DNA of 64,000 nucleotides from a virus (lineage: Duplodnaviria > Caudoviricetes), in IMG/VR virus record IMGVR_UViG_3300018080_003823, positions 1,805-65,804 of that record; one strand, 5' to 3'. Every line of letters starts with the position of its first letter. The stretch's first letter is position 1. The position numbers were made by a program, and so were the translations under genes. Shown in pieces: positions 47,333-56,413 of this stretch. The notes under the pieces were generated by a model, which was not told the origin of the DNA, ran no database searches, and saw only the letters and a program-made list of their open reading frames with translations.

Positions 47333-48468
47333 AATGGAGGATGTGAATATTTCCCATTAGGACGCCATTCTTTTCTGGCATGTGCAGATATAGTAAGTTG
47401 ATCTAATCCGCTTAAATCATCGGATATAGTAAATTGCAATTCATCGTGATTTTCTGCTTTTAATATTACAGGTTCGTGTATTCTTACAGAAATAGAAATC
47501 CAAGTATTTATTCCTGTATTACTACTACCATAGCTATCTAATGAAACTCCTGGTAGTTTTAATATATCTGACAACTGTCGAAATATTAAAGATTCACGAA
47601 CTGTTTCATCTTGGACTCTAAGATAACGCAAACCACTATCTAAAGCAGCAACTCCTAGCCACGAATTATATGGAATAGCAGGTACAGTCCCGTGTTCATT
47701 ATCTGAATTATAATCATTATCTGCTATAAAAACATGCAAACTACTTACATGAAGCCAGCTATCTTTTTCAGGAGTTACACAAAATGATATTGGAGCTATT
47801 CCACCTGCCGCTTCAGATAACTCGAATTGGATATCATCTAAATAATATTTCGGAGCTTTGCCTTCATCGGCTACTTGTTTGAATCTTAGAGCATTCATAG
47901 TTCCTACTAAGTTCATATCTTCTAAAGGAATAGAAATTTTATGCCATATATCGAATGAGTTCCAAGTAAAATAGTCTTCCAAAGCTGCGGAAATTCCTAT
48001 TTGTGAATTTGTTCCTGTATCCCATCCACAAACTTCTATTGAATCTCCTGCATTCCAGTCTTTATCAACATATATCCACATTGTCAATGATATATAATTA
48101 GAAAGTATTAAATCGCTACCTTTTGCGAATTGGTAAACATCATCTACATCTGCATTATCTGTTTTAATGCTATATGTACCATTATGGCTTTGATCTACGC
48201 TGCTGAATAGAGTTTTTACGCCTACAATAGAAGATCCTGTCCAGTAAGTGTCATCTGTTCCATTGTGTACATATTCCGGAGTTCCTGTAGGACTAGCACC
48301 CTGATTCATAGCTATTCCGTAATCTGGATTTGAGAAAAATATAACTTCATTCGTAAATATTTTATGATCTCGTGCAGCTACTACGAGTGCATGAGATTCA
48401 CCTTCAGAACAATCTACTTCTGCTTGTGTTCCTGTAGAAGGATCTGTTATGTGATTTTTAATAGACAT
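47329..48468 (-). CDS. probable virion protein with an inserted carbohydrate-binding-like module
   Basis: Central LSNYISLTMWIYVD..WHKISIPL..YYLDDIQF segment; N-terminus is related to the neighbouring paralogues. Confidence 0.6.
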   Translation of the reverse strand: MSIKNHITDPSTGTQAEVDCSEGESHALVVAARDHKIFTNEVIFFSNPDYGIAMNQGASPTGTPEYVHNGTDDTYWTGSSIVGVKTLFSSVDQSHNGTYSIKTDNADVDDVYQFAKGSDLILSNYISLTMWIYVDKDWNAGDSIEVCGWDTGTNSQIGISAALEDYFTWNSFDIWHKISIPLEDMNLVGTMNALRFKQVADEGKAPKYYLDDIQFELSEAAGGIAPISFCVTPEKDSWLHVSSLHVFIADNDYNSDNEHGTVPAIPYNSWLGVAALDSGLRYLRVQDETVRESLIFRQLSDILKLPGVSLDSYGSSNTGINTWISISVRIHEPVILKAENHDELQFTISDDLSGLDQLTISAHARKEWRPNGKYSHPPF

Positions 48469-49028
48469 TAAACTTTTTCATGAAAAAACATAGCAAGGGT
48501 CATTATTACATTAACGCTGTCTCCACTACCTCCGGCGAAACAATAGGCAGTAAATATGTTATTTTTAGGCACGATAATATAAGAATCCCACTCGGTCTTT
48601 GCGCTAGATGTAGCTTCTGTAAAATATAACCTATCTATTTCCCATCCTCCAGCTAATCCGGTTATATCTGTACCTACTTGACACGTACAATCGGCCAAAT
48701 TACCACTACCTGCGTTTCGGTTTCCTGGTGTACTATCTGTTCCATCTACAGGAGTACCAGTATCACCCAACTTGAAATAAATCTCGCAAGCATCATTGAC
48801 TCCAATACGGGCAGATGTTATTAAAAGATCTTTATCATCGGTGTTTTTTATATATAAAAAGCACGCATCATTACCATCCGGGACTTGATCAATCATAACA
48901 GAATACATGTCTCCATGAGTATGATTTACGTGATGTTGATCAGATTGCGAAACACATGATGACGCAATCATGTTTTCATTGCTGACTTTTACTTTGTAAC
49001 TGTGTCCTGTTCCATCTTCTATTTGCAT
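48468..49028 (-). CDS. probable virion protein, paralogue 3
   Basis: IEDGTG...V..EN; HHVNH; LYIKNT. Confidence 0.65.
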   Translation of the reverse strand: MQIEDGTGHSYKVKVSNENMIASSCVSQSDQHHVNHTHGDMYSVMIDQVPDGNDACFLYIKNTDDKDLLITSARIGVNDACEIYFKLGDTGTPVDGTDSTPGNRNAGSGNLADCTCQVGTDITGLAGGWEIDRLYFTEATSSAKTEWDSYIIVPKNNIFTAYCFAGGSGDSVNVIMTLAMFFHEKV

Positions 49029-49040
49029 AATTCTCTCCTG

Positions 49041-49616
49041 TTACCCATGATGTGCCAGGGAATGATAATTAAATGGTATTGATGCAATAACAGTAACAGA
49101 GCTAGTATCGCACCATACTGTGAATGTAGCACTCTTTGATACAATTATATCTTGAGGAAAATTACAATGGCTTGTGTTGGCAGCTGCTCTGAATACATGC
49201 CTTCCTACGATCTCTCCATTTGTCAAAGTAGCAGAGCCGCCATCTAAATCTGCTCCTTGCTCAAATACCCCATCTGCATCATTGTTAATACCTCCATGAA
49301 CATTAGCTGGGGTTATTGCTGTAGCATTATTTCGTGTACCTTGTCCATTTAGTTTGTAATACACCTGACATGCCCCATCTACTGACAAATCTATCCCTTC
49401 AATAACTAAGTCTTCTTCAGAAGTATTTTGTATGTACAATATACAATCATCATCAGCAGCAGGGGATTGCTCAAATAACAAAATATAAGCCTCTCCTTCA
49501 TGATGATTTACATGGTGTTCTACCGTACTACTTATAGAAGTTACAGCCAATCTGTTTTCATTATTAACGGAAGCTAGATTCCCTTGTCCTTTTCCATCTT
49601 TTATTGAGTCTGGCAT
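49041..49616 (-). CDS. probable virion protein, paralogue 2
   Basis: IKDGKGQGNLASVNNENRL; HHVNH; LYIQNT. Confidence 0.65.
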   Translation of the reverse strand: MPDSIKDGKGQGNLASVNNENRLAVTSISSTVEHHVNHHEGEAYILLFEQSPAADDDCILYIQNTSEEDLVIEGIDLSVDGACQVYYKLNGQGTRNNATAITPANVHGGINNDADGVFEQGADLDGGSATLTNGEIVGRHVFRAAANTSHCNFPQDIIVSKSATFTVWCDTSSVTVIASIPFNYHSLAHHG

Positions 49617-49628
49617 AACGCCTCCTAG

Positions 49629-50210
49629 TTACTTTAAAAATCCCAAAATATTTATAGCAGCTTCACCTTCTTCTTCTCCTTGAAGGTTTACAGATATTGT
49701 GTCATTAGTTCCAATGATAATAGCACCTCCAACATGGTAATGCTGGGCTCCCTGTCCGTTACACCAATAAAAACCTGCAGTTCCAGGCGTGTGACCTGTC
49801 ATGCCATCTCCTGTTTCGTCCCAATATAATACTGTTAAATCAGCAGACGATGGTATTGTGCGATTTGTAGCTCCAGCACTTCCGGTAGTTACATTTGTAT
49901 CCGGTACTGTGTCATTAAATACTAATTGACCGAGCATTGCTCTATTATGGTTGGTGTTGCCCCCATTCCAATTAAACCAGAAATCAGTAAAATAGAAATT
50001 TTTGGAGGAGTCTAAATTTTTAATAAACAGTATTCTTCCACCTGTAGTTGTTATAGTTCTCATAGGAGTGGTAATGCCAAAAGCATTTCCATCGAATTCA
50101 CTTCGTTTGGCTATTAGAGGAGTAGTAGTAGCAAATGTCAGCAATTGTTGTTCGCTATTTACTTCTGCTAGATTCCCTTTGCCTCTTCCATCACTAATCA
50201 TATCCGGCAT
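49629..50210 (-). CDS. probable virion protein, paralogue 1
   Basis: ISDGRGKGNLAEVNSEQQL; LFIKNL. Confidence 0.65.
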   Translation of the reverse strand: MPDMISDGRGKGNLAEVNSEQQLLTFATTTPLIAKRSEFDGNAFGITTPMRTITTTGGRILFIKNLDSSKNFYFTDFWFNWNGGNTNHNRAMLGQLVFNDTVPDTNVTTGSAGATNRTIPSSADLTVLYWDETGDGMTGHTPGTAGFYWCNGQGAQHYHVGGAIIIGTNDTISVNLQGEEEGEAAINILGFLK

Positions 50211-50380
50211 TATGATAATTCCTCTTTAGTTATTTCATTATCTGTTATTATTTGCAAATGGATGTTCATTATTCTAAGTTCTTGTAAAATTTTAGTTAAA
50301 AGTCCTTGGATGTTATCATCAGTTACTGCAACTTCAGTTTTGGTTCCTTCTGTTTGAGTTGGTTGTATTATATGAGACAT
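50210..50380 (-). CDS. small hypothetical protein
   Basis: TAATG overlaps on both sides; LL.KIL.EL..MN.HL..IT motif. Confidence 0.55.
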   Translation of the reverse strand: MSHIIQPTQTEGTKTEVAVTDDNIQGLLTKILQELRIMNIHLQIITDNEITKEELS

Positions 50381-50985
50381 TATAAAATATGCCATCCACT
50401 TCCGTTAGAGATTATGGGAAAACTCATATACTGCTGAGTAATAGCTTGTGAATCTTCTCCGTCAATGCTTTCTTCTGATGGGGCAGCTACAATTACGTTA
50501 TTTGATCCATCACTTATACGTTTAATATTGAAGCAATATCCATTTATTCCTATTGCAGAAGGCAATGTTATTGTAACTTCTCCTGCACTAGCATCTACCA
50601 GTATTACATCATCATCAAGTACTGCTGTGTAATCCGAAGACACAGTTTTAGTATTCCGAACTAATTCAGTAGCACGTTCTGCTTCTTCTGCTACTCTAGT
50701 ATCAGCTAAAACTGCAGGAATTATATTATCATAAATATCAGAAGTATCAATATTTTCTCTGCGGCGATTTTTGAATCTTAATAATCCTAATTCTACTGCC
50801 AATTTGAGATCGGTCGAATTTCCAATTCGTTGAATAGATGCTGATTTTAATAGATCATAAGTGCTACCGGGTAAAATTTCAACATTATCCAAATCACCCA
50901 GAGTAATAGGATTATTTGTAAGATTTTGCACAATTCGTGTCTCATTGTTGGAATCCGAACCTCTACCTTCTCTTCGTCTAAACAT
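50380..50985 (-). CDS. probable virion protein with a tail-fibre-type C-terminal domain
   Basis: DYTA..DDDVILVDAS...TITLPSA..IKRI..N.V....IDG...SNGSGW. Confidence 0.65.
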   Translation of the reverse strand: MFRRREGRGSDSNNETRIVQNLTNNPITLGDLDNVEILPGSTYDLLKSASIQRIGNSTDLKLAVELGLLRFKNRRRENIDTSDIYDNIIPAVLADTRVAEEAERATELVRNTKTVSSDYTAVLDDDVILVDASAGEVTITLPSAIGINGYCFNIKRISDGSNNVIVAAPSEESIDGEDSQAITQQYMSFPIISNGSGWHIL

Positions 50986-51725
50986 TATTTTTTGATCTCG
51001 TTAGTGGTTACTATTTTAGTGTTACGACCGGTATACATGGTTCGTTTAACAACTTCTTCATTGTGTCTTCCAGAGAATTTATCTTGCTTAGATTCTTCTT
51101 GTAATTCTGGATATTTTGATCCATAAATAGTTTGTTGCCAATTTTTTTCACTGTGCTGTAAATCTCCCTCATCAAGAGCAAGAATTTGTTTCTTATATCT
51201 ATGTGTTTCTGCAATAGGTCTTATTGCTTCGCGAATTATTGGAGCAATTGTTGTTGGATGTTTCATATTAGCATTATGCTGTTTTTGTATACCGTTAAGA
51301 GCATAAACTAGAGTCTCAAAAACTTGTTTAGCTAGCTTCTCTTCGGTTTTAGCAAATTTCCATATGGATTGTAATGCAGCGTAATCGAAACTTCCTGAAT
51401 AATGTGTTAATTTTAACTTATAAGAATCAGCAATTTTTCTAAGTATTACTTCACAAGAATAATTATCTCTATTGGCTTCTGTGGTCACGAAACGAAATAC
51501 TTGAGATTTAATTACATCTTTAGATTGGCTCTTTGCAAATTTGTCTAAGAAATCACTGTACCCTGCTATCGTAATATCCGATTCAGGAATATCGATATCA
51601 TCATGTTCCATGACAATTTTAGCGATTTTAGCATAATTCTCAGTAAAATTGTCTAAAAAATGGCTACAATTGTTTCCCCATTTCATAGTACTTCCCTCGA
51701 TAAGCGACTTGTAGTATATATTCAT
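50985..51725 (-). CDS. hypothetical protein
   Basis: 246-aa ORF heading the minus-strand cluster. Confidence 0.65.
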   Translation of the reverse strand: MNIYYKSLIEGSTMKWGNNCSHFLDNFTENYAKIAKIVMEHDDIDIPESDITIAGYSDFLDKFAKSQSKDVIKSQVFRFVTTEANRDNYSCEVILRKIADSYKLKLTHYSGSFDYAALQSIWKFAKTEEKLAKQVFETLVYALNGIQKQHNANMKHPTTIAPIIREAIRPIAETHRYKKQILALDEGDLQHSEKNWQQTIYGSKYPELQEESKQDKFSGRHNEEVVKRTMYTGRNTKIVTTNEIKK

Positions 51726-51823
51726 ATATTATTTAGTCTCTCCTTTTTTAAAAACCATTTTCCTGATATCAAGAAAATGGTCGTATCAAGAGTGTATAAT
51801 TGAACTCACCTATGGAGATTTTT

Positions 51824-53038
51824 ATGTCAAAAAAACTTGCTCTTTTTACTTCTGAATCTGTTACAATGGGTCATCCTGACAAAGTCGCTGATAGTATTTC
51901 TGATGCAATTTTAGACAGTCTTATTAAGCCCGATCCGCATGTACGAGCTGCAATAGAAACTTTGGTTACCACTGACACTGTTGTTGTTTCCGGAGAGATT
52001 ACCGTTCATAATGAAGCGGCAAAACAAGCTCTTAAAAACATAGAACAAACAATAAGACGTACTATTCAGCAGATCGGGTATACCAGACCAGGCTCTGGAT
52101 TCGATTACAAGACGTGCAAAATTGACTCTAAAATACATCCTCAATCCGAAGACATTAGTCGTGGTATTACACGAGATGAAAAGCCAGATACAGAGCAAGG
52201 AGCTGGAGACCAGGGGATGATGTTTGGTTATGCTTGTAATGAGACTAAATCCCTCATGCCTCTGCCTATTCAGCTGGCTCATCGATTAGTCAAACAATTA
52301 GCTTTAGTTCGAGAACTGGATATTTGCCCATGGGTTCTTCCTGATGGTAAATCGCAAGTAACTATTGAATACGAAGATGGTAAACCAGTGGGTATACATA
52401 ATATTGTAATATCAACTCAACACACAGAAGATGTTATTTCGAGTTCTACAGATGAAATTAGTGATATTGCCAAAGAAGAGATTTTGGAGAATGTTATAAA
52501 GCCTGCTATTCAGCATGAATGTCCACAATTCTCCAAAGATAATTTTTCTATTCATATTAACCCAACTGGTCGTTTTGTAATAGGTGGACCCCATGGAGAT
52601 ACAGGTCTCACGGGAAGGAAAATAATTGTAGATACTTATGGAAGTATGGGACGCCATGGAGGAGGAGCATTTTCTGGCAAGGATCCAACTAAGGTAGATC
52701 GATCAGCAGCTTATATGGCTAGGTATATTGCCAAAAATATTGTTAGTAATAAATTAGCTGATCGGTGCGAAGTACAGCTTGCTTATGCTATTGGTGTAGC
52801 AGAACCTGTGAGTGTTTTAATAGATACTTTTGGGACTGGTTCTATAGAAGAAGATAAGTTAGAAAGAATTGTTCGTAATATATTTCCTTTGACTCCAGCA
52901 GGTATTATTAAAGAATTAGATCTTCGTCGTCCTATTTATTATGAAACATCACATCATGGGCATTTTGGTGGGACTAATTCAGATTTTACATGGGAGAAAT
53001 TGTGGGATTATACTATTCTTCTAAATAGAATTTTATAA
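51824..53038 (+). CDS. metK: S-adenosylmethionine synthetase
   Basis: [62 protein letters not shown]. Confidence 0.97.
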   Translation: MSKKLALFTSESVTMGHPDKVADSISDAILDSLIKPDPHVRAAIETLVTTDTVVVSGEITVHNEAAKQALKNIEQTIRRTIQQIGYTRPGSGFDYKTCKIDSKIHPQSEDISRGITRDEKPDTEQGAGDQGMMFGYACNETKSLMPLPIQLAHRLVKQLALVRELDICPWVLPDGKSQVTIEYEDGKPVGIHNIVISTQHTEDVISSSTDEISDIAKEEILENVIKPAIQHECPQFSKDNFSIHINPTGRFVIGGPHGDTGLTGRKIIVDTYGSMGRHGGGAFSGKDPTKVDRSAAYMARYIAKNIVSNKLADRCEVQLAYAIGVAEPVSVLIDTFGTGSIEEDKLERIVRNIFPLTPAGIIKELDLRRPIYYETSHHGHFGGTNSDFTWEKLWDYTILLNRIL

Positions 53039-53084
53039 TGTGTTTCATAGTGTATAATAAAAATGCACTATATGGAGAAATACA

Positions 53085-53753
53085 ATGAGCACAATAAGAG
53101 TAAAAAAAGTTGATAATTTAACTGATTCAATAGATCAAGAAGCGTTAACGGAAATGCAGAGGAAGATGAAATACAAGAAGATGGGCATAAAAAATGCTAT
53201 GAGCCGTCATAGCAGACAAATGGAATTAGCAAGAAATAGGCTTGATTCTAACTTTAGTGAGTATTTGGAACAGGATGAAATAATTAGGCTATTAAAAATA
53301 TCACACGATATTGAAGAAAATCCCAGTCAGTTACATTGTAAGTGCAAACACAAAGATGCCCCCCATACTCCTGATTTTGACTTGAATGTATTTGTAAATA
53401 GAATCAAACAAATGAAAATAGAGGATAATCCACGTCGTTTGTGCTCATCATTAATAGCAACATTAGATGCTATTAGCACCGATTTGACAGAAGATAATAT
53501 TAATACATTAAGAGAATTATTGCCAAAGATAGTTGATATATTACATTCTGTAGAAAAAGAGAGGAATAGGACTACTTCGATGGACAAGGAGGAAATAAAA
53601 GAATTCGAAAAATCATGTTTGGTATCTACTTGTATGACTGACGAATTCTGGACGGATATCATTTTACAGAACAGATTGCATTCCATCACAAGAAAAGAAC
53701 AAAATAAGCGTAATAATTTTTCGATAGATGATATTGACATCGATTTTCTGTAA
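53085..53753 (+). CDS. hypothetical protein
   Basis: 222 aa; GGAG RBS, with TATAAT upstream. Confidence 0.65.
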   Translation: MSTIRVKKVDNLTDSIDQEALTEMQRKMKYKKMGIKNAMSRHSRQMELARNRLDSNFSEYLEQDEIIRLLKISHDIEENPSQLHCKCKHKDAPHTPDFDLNVFVNRIKQMKIEDNPRRLCSSLIATLDAISTDLTEDNINTLRELLPKIVDILHSVEKERNRTTSMDKEEIKEFEKSCLVSTCMTDEFWTDIILQNRLHSITRKEQNKRNNFSIDDIDIDFL

Positions 53754-53761
53754 TGTATAAT
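53734..53761 (+). promoter_or_regulatory. consensus sigma70 promoter for the tRNA/pth operon
   Basis: TTGACA (53734-53739)-N16-TATAAT (53756-53761), 9 nt before the tRNA. Confidence 0.8.
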
Positions 53762-53770
53762 GTAGTTGTA

Positions 53771-53844
53771 GCGTCAGTAGCTCAATTAGGCAGAGCAGTT
53801 CTCTCTAATAGAACTGGTTCCAGGTTCAAGTCCTGGTTGACGCA
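53771..53844 (+). tRNA. amber-suppressor tRNA (anticodon CUA), CCA not encoded
   Basis: Acceptor GCGTCAG/TTGACGC+A73, D arm GCTC/GAGC, anticodon stem GTTCT/AGAAC with loop CT-CTA-AT (anticodon 53805-53807), T arm CCAGG-TTCAAGT-CCTGG. Confidence 0.93.
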
Positions 53845-53881
53845 ATAGTAGATAATTAAGTCTATTTTAAGGAGAAAAACA

Positions 53882-54274
53882 ATGGGTTTTACGTAGGTAC
53901 AAGAGCCGTATTTGTATGTCATAGTCCGAAAAGATCTTTCAACTCCACAACAAGCCGTTCAGGCAATGCACGCTATTTTTGAATTAACCACTTCAGAGTC
54001 CTTTAAACCACCGTAGAGACATCCTAACATAATATTTTGTGAAGTTCGTAATGAGCGTCAATTATTCAAATTTTCTCAGAAATTAAAAACAGAGAATATA
54101 AAATTTGTCATTTTTCAAGAACCAGATATCGGTGATGAATATACAGCTCTGGCCACAGAGATAGTATATGATCACCGATCTTTGTTTAAAAATTTACAGT
54201 TAGTTCAGGATAATTGCACAAAGGGAACATTTCATACTCTGGTTGCAAACAATAAAAAGGAGCCAAAATCATGA
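53882..54274 (+). CDS. peptidyl-tRNA hydrolase (Pth2-like), 130 codons with two in-frame TAG (53894, 54014); not in ORF track
   Basis: AAGGAG RBS; MGFT*VQEPYLYVIVRKDLSTPQQAVQAMHA..PP*RHPNIIFCEVRNE..FQEPDIGDEYTALA. Ends in TGA with ATGA overlap with the next gene. Confidence 0.85.
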
Positions 54275-54774
54275 ATAGTACTATTGTTGATCAAGCATTT
54301 AAAACTAGATGGGGTTATGTTGCATATAGTTATGAGGATTACAAAAAGCTTAAAAGATTGAATATAATTTTCCAAAAAGCTCGCACTTATGCATATCAAT
54401 GGGAGAGATGGGTAAGAAAAGCTCCTCATAATAGAGTACGTAAAATTTGGAAGCGAGATGAGAATAGACACAAAATCGGATATACTATTTCAGGACCATT
54501 GCCCGAACCTCAGTTTTGTGATATATTTTTCACGAAATTAGTAGATACTGATCGTAATCCTATTGGACAAAGATGGCTTAATATGGTTATTTATTCTAAT
54601 ATAGGATACATACGAATCGATAAAGATATTGCTACAGAATATCGTAATTCTCATCGTCCAGTAGAAACGTCCGAAAAGGTTCCGGAAGCCAATATGTCTA
54701 GTGATGAAATTGATGAATTACTTGAAAAAGCAGAAGATTGGTATAATTCAATAAATGCTGTTACGTCTGTCTGA
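54271..54774 (+). CDS. hypothetical protein coupled to the pth2 gene
   Basis: ATGA overlap with the pth2 stop; AAGGAG RBS. Confidence 0.7.
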   Translation: MNSTIVDQAFKTRWGYVAYSYEDYKKLKRLNIIFQKARTYAYQWERWVRKAPHNRVRKIWKRDENRHKIGYTISGPLPEPQFCDIFFTKLVDTDRNPIGQRWLNMVIYSNIGYIRIDKDIATEYRNSHRPVETSEKVPEANMSSDEIDELLEKAEDWYNSINAVTSV

Positions 54775-55521
54775 CAGCATGTTTCTTTGTTTCCGGATGG
54801 ATGATATTTTAGAAGTATGTATAAATGAGCCAATTGTCTGTTCAGTGTCACCGGATGCTGAACAGACAATTGTGCCATCCGGATCTATTATTCTGCTTGA
54901 CCCACAAAATGTTAAATTCTTATCTCGTCCAACTCTATTACATGCTACGACATATACCTGATTTTCGATTGCTCTGCACATAGTTAATATTTCCCAATGT
55001 TTTAAATTAGTAAAAGCAGCAATGATAATAATTATTTCAGCCCCATTAGCTGCTAAGGTTCTTGCTACTTCTGGGAAATAAATATCATATCCGATTAAAA
55101 AACCGAATTTAATTCCTCTTATATTAACTATTGGAAGTGAATCACCAGGCGTCATATGATGTTTTTCATATACAGGATAAGAGTGCAATAAATGAGTTTT
55201 TCTATAACACATTGTTTTTTCCAAATCATATATCATCATACTATTAAACAAATGGCTGTTAGTTTTTTCTGAAAGCCCACAAATTACTCTTACATTTAAT
55301 TCCTCAGCTTTACGTTTAATCTTGTCATACGGAGTATTAGAAGACCATGACGATGAGCAATCTGATATGTTTGTCATTTCATATCCAGTATCAGATAATT
55401 CTGGGAATATTACTAATTGACAATTATCTAATTGCGCTTTTTCTATTGATTTTATGATTTTTGAGCAGTTATGTTCAATATTTCCAACATCACAATTAAG
55501 CTGTACTACATTTATTTCCAT
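54748..55521 (-). CDS. carbon-nitrogen hydrolase (nitrilase-fold) lacking the catalytic Cys
   Basis: VIFPEL, YRKTHL, LIGYDIYFPE (normally ICYD), RAIENQ, GSSRIIDPDG. Confidence 0.85.
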   Translation of the reverse strand: MEINVVQLNCDVGNIEHNCSKIIKSIEKAQLDNCQLVIFPELSDTGYEMTNISDCSSSWSSNTPYDKIKRKAEELNVRVICGLSEKTNSHLFNSMMIYDLEKTMCYRKTHLLHSYPVYEKHHMTPGDSLPIVNIRGIKFGFLIGYDIYFPEVARTLAANGAEIIIIIAAFTNLKHWEILTMCRAIENQVYVVACNRVGRDKNLTFCGSSRIIDPDGTIVCSASGDTEQTIGSFIHTSKISSIRKQRNMLSDRRNSIY

Positions 55522-55830
55522 AATATTTTTGCACCTATTAACGATTAATCGAACTATTTAATGTTTCCTCCCTATTTAGTAGGAAATCAATATATTGTCG
55601 GATGATCATATTGCAAACTAGAGAAATATCACGCTAAAAATCATTAATATTCAAGAAAGTAGCAATTCTAAATTAGAACATGCCCGAAAAATTGGCGAAT
55701 CAATCAGAAGAGACTGAAAGGCAATAGATTTTCCTGCAGAACAGTTTGTAATGAGATTATAAGTAGAGAAGGAACACGGATCTGATCCTGAGATCAATGT
55801 TACAAATGAAGGGGGAGGGATTCTCTCGAT

Positions 55831-56334
55831 CTAAAGGAAGTAAAGGCAAGTATAAATTTTGGAATCTACAAGATAACCCTGTTCTGCTTTCGTTTTAAGC
55901 CACTCATCTAAAATTTCTAAATGAACCTTATGTAGCACAATATCTTCAGCTGGATCTTGCCTAGGATTAGTGCATTTGGTAAGTCCTTCTGCTTTAAAAA
56001 GTGTTATCTTCTCTGAAGTTAATCCTGACGAAGTGGGAGTTTTCATGATTTTTGTTAGAGACTTAGCCTGATAGCCAGTTTCTTCTTCTAATTCAGTTTT
56101 AACTGCTTCTTCAGGACTCTGTCCTTCTAGATTGTCACCTACGAGTCCAGCTGGAATTTCAATAGTTCTATTATCAACAGGAATACGAAACTGCTCAACC
56201 AATAACAATTCATCGTCTTCGGTGATAGCTAAAATACCGATGACTCCGGTAGTATTACTTCGCTCTACATATTCCCATCCATATTTTGAAGTGACTTTTA
56301 AAAACTTTCCTTCGAACAATGAACTGCCACCCAT
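55831..56334 (-). CDS. NUDIX hydrolase (ADP-ribose pyrophosphatase-like)
   Basis: LVEQFRIP..IEIPAGLV...EEAVKTELEEETGY. Confidence 0.85.
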   Translation of the reverse strand: MGGSSLFEGKFLKVTSKYGWEYVERSNTTGVIGILAITEDDELLLVEQFRIPVDNRTIEIPAGLVGDNLEGQSPEEAVKTELEEETGYQAKSLTKIMKTPTSSGLTSEKITLFKAEGLTKCTNPRQDPAEDIVLHKVHLEILDEWLKTKAEQGYLVDSKIYTCLYFL

Positions 56335-56373
56335 GTTTTTGTCCTTGTTAATATATGTTAGAAACCTACTGCT

Positions 56374-56401
56374 ATATTACTACATTCTAGCAAAATGTCA
56401 A
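56374..56401 (-). promoter_or_regulatory. possible sigma70 promoter for the NUDIX gene
   Basis: Minus-strand TTGACA-N16-TAATAT. Confidence 0.5.
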
Positions 56402-56413
56402 GAATTTTTTTGA

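Noticed and set aside
53771-53844. Pyrrolysine or selenocysteine tRNA
   Set aside because: Canonical D-loop GG, TTC T-loop, 5-bp anticodon stem and short variable arm; no pyl or sel genes in the window.
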